NCBI GenBank assembly: GCA_038747545.1
Contig: JBCDJT010000003.1
Coordinates: forward strand, 15,195 to 79,194
Reading direction: 5' to 3'
DNA length: 64,000 nucleotides
From: Bacteroidota bacterium
GTDB lineage: Bacteria; Bacteroidota; Rhodothermia; Rhodothermales; JBCCMF01
Part shown: in pieces, positions 57,325 through 64,000 of the stretch
Numbering within the stretch: the stretch's first letter is position 1
How the letters are laid out: every line of letters starts with the position of its first letter
Notes under the pieces: model-generated
The model's database searches: none
Seen by the model: only the letters and a program-made list of their open reading frames with translations
What the model was told of the DNA's origin: nothing
Program-made: the position numbers and the translations under genes

Positions 57325-58746
57325 ATGGCTTCTCGCCTGCTCATCCTGCTCGCGCTCCTGCTCACAGCTGATGCACACGCGCAGTCGCTTCAGGTCTTGC
57401 TTGACAACGGCCCTACCAACCAGCGCGTCAACGTCGTCGTCCTGTCGGAAGGCTACACCGTGGCACAGCTCGCCGATTTCCCCGAGGAGGCCAAGGACAT
57501 CCTCAATGACCTACTCGCCACGCCGCCCTACGACCGCTACGCCGATCTCTTCAACGGCTTTGCCATCAGCGTAGCCTCCGCGCAGTCTGGCTCCGACCAT
57601 CCCAGCCGAAACGAGTACCGCGACACCTACTTCGACACGTACTACGACTGCGTCAACATCGAGCGGCTGATCTGCATCGGCGGACAGGGCTACAGCCGCG
57701 CCTACACACTGCTGCAAGACTTTGTGCCTGACTACGACATCGTGCTCATGCTCGTCAACGACCCGCAGTACGGCGGCTCGGGCGGGGCGTTCGCGGTCAC
57801 CTCCACGCATCCCGAGGCTGGCGAGATCGCGATTCACGAAGTAGGCCACTCGTTCGCCCGGCTCAACGACGAGTACGGCGGCACCGGTGGCTTTGGCGGC
57901 AACGAAGGGCCAAACGTGACGCAGGAGCGCCGCCGCGCCCAAATCCGCTGGGGCCACTGGATTGAGCCGACGACGCCGATTCCTACACCCAACAACGGGC
58001 AGTTTACGCAGCGGATCGGCCTGTTCGAAGGCGCGGAGTACAACGACTTCGGATGGTTTCGTCCAGCGCACAACTGCAAGATGCGCGCATTGGGCGTAGA
58101 ACTCTGTAGGGTATGCACGGAGCATACCATCGCCGCCGCGTACAACCTCGTCCCGCCCATCCAGACGAGTGGGCCGCGTACACCCGTCGTAGAGCTTGAG
58201 GCGATGCTGCCTACGGTCTTCGAGGTACAGCTCAGCTTGCCCGCGCTGCCCGATCAAGAGGTGCAATGGTTCTTGAACGACCTGCCCATCGACGGTGCCA
58301 CGACGCCCACGCTCAACTTGGCGGCCTCCGACCTGCCTGGCGCATCGGCGGTGCTCTCGGTGGAGGTGCGCGATACGACGCCGCTCGTGCGCGATCCCGG
58401 CTTGCTGCCTCTGCTCACCGACACCCGCTTGTGGACGGTGCGCCGCCCCGCATCAACGCATGTGCCCGGCGATGATCTGCCACAGGCCGTGACGCTCGGG
58501 GCGCCGTACCCCAACCCCGTACAAGGTCAGGCGACGTTCACCGTGGCGTTGCCGCAGGCCACCTCGGTGCAGCTAGACGTGTTGGACATCACGGGCCGGC
58601 AGGTGGCCCACGTGGCAGATGCTGTGCTCCCGGCGGGTACGCACCGCCTCCTGTGGGATGTGGAAGGACGGCCGCCGGGCATATACATGGTGCGTTTGCA
58701 CACTCCCACGCTATCGGCGGTGCAGCGGCTCGTTGTAGTGCGCTAG
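57325..58746 (+). CDS. M64-family (IgA-peptidase-like) metallopeptidase with T9SS C-terminal sorting domain
   Basis: VNVVVLSEGYT ... NDPQYGGSGG ... IAIHEVGHSFARLNDEY (HExxH). The tail is PYPNPVQGQATFTV ... PGIYMVRL. Confidence 0.8.
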   Translation: MASRLLILLALLLTADAHAQSLQVLLDNGPTNQRVNVVVLSEGYTVAQLADFPEEAKDILNDLLATPPYDRYADLFNGFAISVASAQSGSDHPSRNEYRDTYFDTYYDCVNIERLICIGGQGYSRAYTLLQDFVPDYDIVLMLVNDPQYGGSGGAFAVTSTHPEAGEIAIHEVGHSFARLNDEYGGTGGFGGNEGPNVTQERRRAQIRWGHWIEPTTPIPTPNNGQFTQRIGLFEGAEYNDFGWFRPAHNCKMRALGVELCRVCTEHTIAAAYNLVPPIQTSGPRTPVVELEAMLPTVFEVQLSLPALPDQEVQWFLNDLPIDGATTPTLNLAASDLPGASAVLSVEVRDTTPLVRDPGLLPLLTDTRLWTVRRPASTHVPGDDLPQAVTLGAPYPNPVQGQATFTVALPQATSVQLDVLDITGRQVAHVADAVLPAGTHRLLWDVEGRPPGIYMVRLHTPTLSAVQRLVVVR

Positions 58747-58750
58747 CCGA

Positions 58751-59017
58751 TCAAGCCCGCCGGCTTGCCTCTTCGGTTTTGCGTGTGACGTAGTACGACC
58801 ACAGGAAGGCTACGGGCACGCAGGAGACCACGAAGACGCCCATGGCATAGTCGCTCGCTACAGACCGTGCCGCGCCAAGCACGTAGATGAGCCCCAGGAA
58901 AAACAGCAGCGACAGCACAGCGTTGGCACCCAGCAGCAACGCAAGCATCGACAGATGGCGCAATGCCCAACGGCCCGCCGATCGGCGGCTCAGCTCTGGT
59001 CGAGGCGGTTCGCTCAT
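58751..59017 (-). CDS. Small hypothetical membrane protein (2 helices)
   Basis: LSMLALLLGANAVLSLLFFLGLIYVLG and GVFVVSCVPVAFLWSYYV. No family recognised. Confidence 0.35.
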   Translation of the reverse strand: MSEPPRPELSRRSAGRWALRHLSMLALLLGANAVLSLLFFLGLIYVLGAARSVASDYAMGVFVVSCVPVAFLWSYYVTRKTEEASRRA

Positions 59018-59161
59018 GGTATGAGAAGGTGACGCGTGGCGCACGGGCAGCTGGAAAACGTACGTCTGGCACTTGTCGAACACAGTGGCGCACACGTGGG
59101 TTGCATGGCCTTCCAGCAACAGCGTACGATACAAACTTTAAGGCATACAGAAAACACACAT

Positions 59162-60208
59162 ATGGCAAAAAAGCTGATCGGTTTGGGGCTGGTGCTGGTT
59201 ATTTTGGGCGGTGCGGCGGCTGGCGGCGGCTATTGGATGCTCTACACACCCAACACGCCCGACTTTGAGGGCGAGCGCAGCATCAAGGTTCCGCGCGGCG
59301 CCTCGTTTGCAGCCGTGGTCGATACGCTGGGGCGGCAAGGCTTACTCAAGCGTCCGCGTACCTTTGAACTGATTGCCCACGCCACCGGATGGGCCGACCA
59401 GATGAAGGCCGGGCATTACGTGTTCGAGGCGGGGACGTCGAACTACACGTTCCTCGACCGCCTGCGCAAGGGCTTGCAGGACCCCATCCGTCTCACCGTG
59501 CCCCCGGGCACGCGCCCTGATGTCGTCGCCCGCGTCCTCGCCAAGCAGATGACGTTCACGCCCGAGGCGTTTCTCGCTGCGCTCAACGACCCTGCCTTCG
59601 CCGCCGAACTGGGCACCGACACGACGCATCTCTTCGGCTACATGATGCCCGAGACGTACTTCATGTACTGGCTCACCGACGAGCGCTCGGTCATCTCGAA
59701 GATCAAGCGCGCCACCGACGACTACTTCAACGCCGAGCGCCGCGCCAAGGCGGAGCGCGTGGGCCTCACCGTAGACGAGGTGCTGAGCGTAGCCAGCATC
59801 GTAGAGTGGGAGACCAGCCTGCGCAATGAGAAGCCGCGCGTGGCAGGCGTCTACCTCAACCGCCTGCGCGACGGCTGGAAGCTCGACGCCGACCCCACCG
59901 TGCAGTACGCCGTCCTCCAGCGCGAGGGCGCTAAGCGGCGGCTCTTCTTCCGCGACTACCGCATCGAGCACCCGTACAACACCTACCTGCGCCGTGGCCT
60001 GCCGCCCGGCCCCGTCACAAACCCCTCGCCCTCTTCTATCGACGGGGTGCTGAACGCGGAGGACCACGGCTACTACTTCTTCGTGGCTACTGGCGATGGC
60101 GGGCACACGTTCTCCCGGACTCTGAGGGAGCACAACCGCGCCGCGCAGGCCTTCTACCGCACCATGCGCGAGCGGCGTCGCCAAGCGGCGGCGGCACAAA
60201 CGCCGTAG
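59162..60208 (+). CDS. mltG: Endolytic murein transglycosylase (YceG family)
   Basis: TM anchor. ASIVEWET ... VAGVYLNRL ... LDADPTVQY ... YNTYLRRGLPPGPVTNPS are YceG/MltG signatures. Confidence 0.85.
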   Translation: MAKKLIGLGLVLVILGGAAAGGGYWMLYTPNTPDFEGERSIKVPRGASFAAVVDTLGRQGLLKRPRTFELIAHATGWADQMKAGHYVFEAGTSNYTFLDRLRKGLQDPIRLTVPPGTRPDVVARVLAKQMTFTPEAFLAALNDPAFAAELGTDTTHLFGYMMPETYFMYWLTDERSVISKIKRATDDYFNAERRAKAERVGLTVDEVLSVASIVEWETSLRNEKPRVAGVYLNRLRDGWKLDADPTVQYAVLQREGAKRRLFFRDYRIEHPYNTYLRRGLPPGPVTNPSPSSIDGVLNAEDHGYYFFVATGDGGHTFSRTLREHNRAAQAFYRTMRERRRQAAAAQTP

Positions 60209-60213
60209 CGCCA

Positions 60214-61893
60214 ATGCAGAGCTGGATCTGGGCCGTGTCGCCCAAGCACTACCCAGCGCTCGTGCGCACCGAGACGTTCGCCCTGCGTCAGGTGGGGCGT
60301 GCCGCGCTCGCCGAGGTGCGCCCTGGCGACGTTGTGTTCGCTTACCTCTCGGGCAAGAAAGTGCTGGCGGGGCTGTTCGAGGTGACGAGCCTACCGTTCG
60401 AAGACCACACGCCGCTGGGGCCGGGGCTGACCCATCCGCATCGGGTCCGTGTGCGTCCCGTGGTGACGCTCTCCGAGGAGACGTGGGTGCCGTATGAGGC
60501 GTTTGCCAGCAAGCTAGACGCGGCGCAGACGCAAGGCAGCTTCCGAGGCGTGGTACAGCGGGTACTGTATCCGCTGCCCAGCGTGGACGCCAAGGTGCTG
60601 GAGTTCCTTGTGCGCACCCGTGAGGCGGTGGACCTGGACGAGCTGCTGGCCGCCTACGACGCGTTCCAAGCGACCCGCGAGCAAACCGCGAGCGCTCCCC
60701 CGGTGCAAGTTGAAGAACCACCGCTGGGCTACCGCGCCGATGCGCCGTTCGATCGGGCCACCGCTCTCGACGCGCTGCACGCTGCCCTGCTGGCCGAAGG
60801 CTACTGGTACGAGCCGTGGCAGGTGGCGACCTACGTGACGGCGCTGCGGACGAAGCCGTTCGTCATCCTGGCGGGTGTGACGGGCATCGGCAAGTCGAAG
60901 CTGCCGCAGTTGGTGGCCCAACTCACGGGGGGAACCGCCGAGGTGGTGCCGGTGCAGCCCCGATGGATGGACAGCGGCGACGTCATCGGCTACGCCGACT
61001 TGCAGAACCGATTCCATCCGGGCGCGGTGCTGCGTGCTGCCGCTCAGGCACGCAAGCATCCCGAACAGCATCAGGTGGTGGTGCTGGACGAGATGAACGT
61101 AGCCAAGGTAGGCGATTACTTGGCTGAGGTTCTCAGCCGTATGGAGCAGCGCCGCCCCGACGGGGCAGGGTGGACTACGCCCGCGCTGCTACCGCCCGAT
61201 CCTACGCGTGTGGGCGAGTGGTCCGACGTCGGGATGCCGAGCAACCTGGCGCTCGTCGGGACGGTCAACATCGATGAGGACGGGCAGCGGTTGAGCCGCA
61301 AGGTGCTGGACCGTGCGTTTGCGCTGGAGCTGGAAGCGCCCGACCTCAGCCACTGGCCTGCGTCAACTGCGCCTGTAGCGCCTACGCCGTGGCCCAGCGC
61401 TGCGTGGCAGCCGCGTGGCCTCCGCCTCGCCGACCTCACAGATCTCGCTGAGGACGAGCATGCCGCCGTCCAGCGCGCCCTCGGCGCCCTCTCCGCTGCC
61501 AATGCCATCCTGCGGCCAGCGCGTTTCGACATCGCCTTCCGCACCCGCGACGAGGTGTGCCTCTTCGTGCTCCATGCCCACGACACGCCCGACGCGTTCC
61601 GCACGGCGGCCGTCGATCCGCTCGACCTCGCGCTGCTGATGAAGTTGCTGCCACGCCTCCATGGTGCTGCCACAGATGCCGCGTTCCACGACGCACTAGC
61701 GGCTCTGCTGGCGTGGGCCGCCAACGGTGTGCCCTCGGCGGAGGTGCGCACGGCAGATCATCTGACTACAGCCTGGGTGCAGCAGCAGCGGCCCGTCGCC
61801 TTTTCGGGAACGCACTTTCCCCGGACCACAGCGCGCCTATGCCTCATGTGGGAGCGGCTGCAGACGCAGCGCTACGCGAGCTTCTGGCGCTGA
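60214..61893 (+). CDS. EVE/PUA-like domain fused to McrB-type AAA+ GTPase (no adjacent McrC)
   Basis: The N-terminal ~135 aa are WIWAVSPKHY ... RPGDVVFAYLSGKKVLAGLFEVTS. Walker A is GVTGIGKS (60874-60897). Walker B is VVVLDEMN (D/E at 61087-61092). McrB-like motif GTVNIDEDGQRLSRKVLDRAF. Confidence 0.7.
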   Translation: MQSWIWAVSPKHYPALVRTETFALRQVGRAALAEVRPGDVVFAYLSGKKVLAGLFEVTSLPFEDHTPLGPGLTHPHRVRVRPVVTLSEETWVPYEAFASKLDAAQTQGSFRGVVQRVLYPLPSVDAKVLEFLVRTREAVDLDELLAAYDAFQATREQTASAPPVQVEEPPLGYRADAPFDRATALDALHAALLAEGYWYEPWQVATYVTALRTKPFVILAGVTGIGKSKLPQLVAQLTGGTAEVVPVQPRWMDSGDVIGYADLQNRFHPGAVLRAAAQARKHPEQHQVVVLDEMNVAKVGDYLAEVLSRMEQRRPDGAGWTTPALLPPDPTRVGEWSDVGMPSNLALVGTVNIDEDGQRLSRKVLDRAFALELEAPDLSHWPASTAPVAPTPWPSAAWQPRGLRLADLTDLAEDEHAAVQRALGALSAANAILRPARFDIAFRTRDEVCLFVLHAHDTPDAFRTAAVDPLDLALLMKLLPRLHGAATDAAFHDALAALLAWAANGVPSAEVRTADHLTTAWVQQQRPVAFSGTHFPRTTARLCLMWERLQTQRYASFWR

Positions 61894-61927
61894 GCACAGA
61901 CGACTGCACCGTGGTTACGGGTAGTGC

Positions 61928-62530
61928 TCACCGGTCTCGCCTGGGCGCTACAGGGTCGGTCGTCAGGTTTTGCGTGATGAAGACGCGCTGCTGCCCGTCA
62001 AACGCGGCGCCGATGCCGTGCTCGCGGAAGCCGCGATGGAGCAGATTGCTACGGTGTCCGGGGCTCGTCATCCACCCGTCCACGCTCTCCCTGGCCATCT
62101 CCGCCAGCGTTTTCCAGTCGGTGCTACGCCGCGTGCCGTTTTCGTCGGTCACGGTGCGGATGCGGTGGTAGCGATGCGCGTAGAAGAGGTTTTCGCCAAG
62201 GCCATACGCTTGCGAGACGCCCGCCGAACGATGCGTTGCCAAGCCCAGCCGATCGGCTCGGTGTTGCACCGTATGGCCCTCCGGCGTGACATGATCGAAG
62301 TAGTCGCGCCGTGCCATGTCGGCACTGTGAAGCTGTGCCAAGCGGTTCAGCGCACCCGACCATCGGTAGGGCGGCAGGCCATGCGACTGGCGCACACGGT
62401 TGACCTCCTCGTGGATGGCCCTTTCCAACGCACGCTGCCCGCCGTCGGCTGTGGCCAGGTCTGGAGGGGTAGGCGCACTGCTTCGGCAGCCCGAAAGAAG
62501 CGCAATCAGGATGAGACACAGGGCGCGCAT
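61928..62530 (-). CDS. CAP/SCP/PR-1 domain lipoprotein
   Basis: Lipobox LLSGC. NRVRQSHGLPPYRWS ... HSADMARRDYFDH ... WMTSPGHRSNLL ... HGIGAA. Confidence 0.8.
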   Translation of the reverse strand: MRALCLILIALLSGCRSSAPTPPDLATADGGQRALERAIHEEVNRVRQSHGLPPYRWSGALNRLAQLHSADMARRDYFDHVTPEGHTVQHRADRLGLATHRSAGVSQAYGLGENLFYAHRYHRIRTVTDENGTRRSTDWKTLAEMARESVDGWMTSPGHRSNLLHRGFREHGIGAAFDGQQRVFITQNLTTDPVAPRRDR

Positions 62531-62602
62531 GCCGAAGGTGCAGGGGGATAGAGGGATGCCTGATTCAGACACGCGCGGTCCACCGGGGTTGCTATTGCCC
62601 GC

Positions 62603-63475
62603 TTACTTCAGCTTCCGCATCGCCTCCTGGGCGGCTTCATTGTCTGGGTTGATGGCTAGCGCCTGCTCGTACGCAGCGCGCGCGTCGTCCGTGCGGCCCT
62701 GATGCGCGTAGACCATGCCCAGGCGATGATACGCCGAGTCATGGCCCGGCTGGCGAGGGCCTGTCTCTTGCTGTACGTAGGCCTCCAAGGCTTCCGCTCC
62801 GCGCTCTAGAAAGTCGCCCGAGAGGGCGGCGGTACGGCCTACCTGGTAGAGGGCCGTCAGGTTGGCGGGCTGTGCCTCCAGTATGGCCTCGAAGGTGGTC
62901 ATCGCATCGGCGAACCGCTCGCGCCGCTGGTAGAAGTAGCCGAGCTCCACCTGAAGGTTGACATTGCCCGTCTCAGCGATGCCCTGTTGGTAGACGCCTT
63001 CCACTTGATCCCACTCCTCGCGGGCGGAGTGGGCGCGGATGAGCGCAAAGAAGCCCCGCTCTTGGTTGATGCCCGCAATGGCTTGGGCTTGTTCGAGCGC
63101 CTTGTTTTTGTCGCCGCCCGCGATACTGGGGGCTTGCAGGTAGTATTCCATCAACCCTTCGCGGGCCTCCAGGTGCCTCGGGTCCAGGTCGACGGCCCGC
63201 TCGAATTGCTTGCGGATCTTGGGTGCCAGCCGGGCTTGCCGCAGCATCCCCGAGTTTTGTGCTTTGATGCCGTACGCGGCCCCCAGCCAATAGTGCGCAT
63301 CCGCATTGTCTGGCTCAGCCTTGACGGCGCGCTCCAGGAGCGGGATAGCCTCATCGTACGCATCCTGCTGCACATAGGCCATGCCCTGTTCTAAGTCGCT
63401 CTGGGCCTGCACGAAAGGCACAAGGGCAAAGCCCAGTAAGAGCAAAGCGGAAAATCGGGTTGCGAGCGCACGCAT
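62603..63475 (-). CDS. Secreted tetratricopeptide-repeat protein
   Basis: Signal peptide ending VQAQ, followed by 6-7 TPR-like units (DAHYWLGAAYG, YHRLGMVYAHQGRTDDARAAYEQALAINPDN). Confidence 0.75.
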   Translation of the reverse strand: MRALATRFSALLLLGFALVPFVQAQSDLEQGMAYVQQDAYDEAIPLLERAVKAEPDNADAHYWLGAAYGIKAQNSGMLRQARLAPKIRKQFERAVDLDPRHLEAREGLMEYYLQAPSIAGGDKNKALEQAQAIAGINQERGFFALIRAHSAREEWDQVEGVYQQGIAETGNVNLQVELGYFYQRRERFADAMTTFEAILEAQPANLTALYQVGRTAALSGDFLERGAEALEAYVQQETGPRQPGHDSAYHRLGMVYAHQGRTDDARAAYEQALAINPDNEAAQEAMRKLK

Positions 63476-63560
63476 AGGACAGTAGCCGGATGGTTCGATG
63501 GGAGATAATGCCCACCCCGAACGAAGCCCCTGCGGCAAAGGTTACGCCGTTCGTCGACGT

Positions 63561-64000
63561 TTATCGCGCTTCAGCAACGGTGGTCACATCGCACGGGGAG
63601 AAGTTCTGTGTGATGTAAACGGTGTGGTTCTGGCCGATGACCACGCCGATCGCATGGCCGCGGTAGTGGGGACTGAGCAGGTTGGCCCGATGCGTTGCGC
63701 TGCCCAGCCAGGCCCGGATGGTTTCGTCCGCAATTGCACCCACCGTCTTCCAGTCGGCCTCATGCGGTTGGTCGCCAGGGAACAGGCGCACCTCGCGATA
63801 GCGATGGGTGAGGTAAAGGTTTTCGCCGATGCCTTCGAGCACGTATGGCCCCAGCGGCCGTGTCGGCGTCAAGCCATGCCGGGCAGCGCGATCCGAGGGG
63901 TTTTCTCCCTGCGGGTTCGTGTGCCCGAAGAACGGCGCCTCCGCCATGTGGTAACTGTGCTCGGCAGCAACGTCTCGTAGCGCCGGGGTCCACTGAAGCG
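63561..64000 (-). CDS. CAP/SCP/PR-1 domain protein, paralog (5' end outside the window)
   Basis: AAEHSYHMAEAPFFGH ... ENLY ... WLGSATHRANLL ... HAIGVV. The frame stays open to the right edge. Confidence 0.7.
   Translation of the reverse strand, partial: LQWTPALRDVAAEHSYHMAEAPFFGHTNPQGENPSDRAARHGLTPTRPLGPYVLEGIGENLYLTHRYREVRLFPGDQPHEADWKTVGAIADETIRAWLGSATHRANLLSPHYRGHAIGVVIGQNHTVYITQNFSPCDVTTVAEAR

Noticed and set aside
59342-60721. 459-aa minus-strand ORF spanning mltG and the start of the McrB-like gene
   Set aside because: It crosses two well-supported plus-strand genes. Its composition is dominated by Arg/Ala/Pro/Gly. Shadow ORF.
61557-62171. Plus-strand 204-aa ORF examined as a possible McrC partner downstream of the McrB-like gene
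   Set aside because: It overlaps the 3' end of the McrB-like gene in another frame and runs antisense to the CAP gene. It is Arg-rich and has no PD-(D/E)xK or other nuclease motif.

Overview
High-GC window (hand counts of about 41/60 G+C in typical coding lines). The gene content points to a Bacteroidota/Rhodothermota-type genome: two cargo proteins with T9SS C-terminal sorting domains, a PadR plus FtsX-like permease pair, a PUR-like DUF3276 gene, and the ileS / TraR-DksA / lspA neighbourhood. The lineage call is inference only. I support about 55 protein-coding genes. They are mostly housekeeping and envelope functions: sthA-like, glpD, aminotransferase, coaD, htrA-like, murB, purU, ileS, lspA, nuoI, mltG. 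Accessory and signalling genes are interspersed. By eye I found no rRNA, tRNA, CRISPR array, transposase or integrase. Many long ORFs in the supplied track are Arg/Pro/Ala-rich antisense or alternate-frame shadows typical of high-GC DNA, and I rejected them. Several track ORFs also carry spurious N-terminal extensions, which I trimmed to internal ATG/GTG starts ahead of signal peptides or conserved N-termini. Items most worth follow-up: (1) an EVE/PUA-like domain fused to a McrB-type AAA+ GTPase, with no McrC, 5 nt behind mltG; (2) a receiver / class III cyclase / PilZ-like triple fusion; (3) a type III PKS with an intact catalytic triad next to a signal-peptide-bearing SAM methyltransferase; (4) an orphan bacteriophytochrome with the biliverdin Cys but no heme oxygenase or response regulator nearby; (5) an eight-gene co-directional envelope string (lspA, GT4, DUF3047, flippase-like, T9SS cargo, TspO-like, epimerase, lipase) with overlapping stop/start codons; (6) a lower-GC segment carrying Wzc and a miniature SLBB/Wza-like protein; (7) a tandem pair of uncharacterised secreted paralogs; (8) several intergenic repeat and inverted-repeat elements. 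All functional calls rest on motif recognition by eye. No database search or folding was run.
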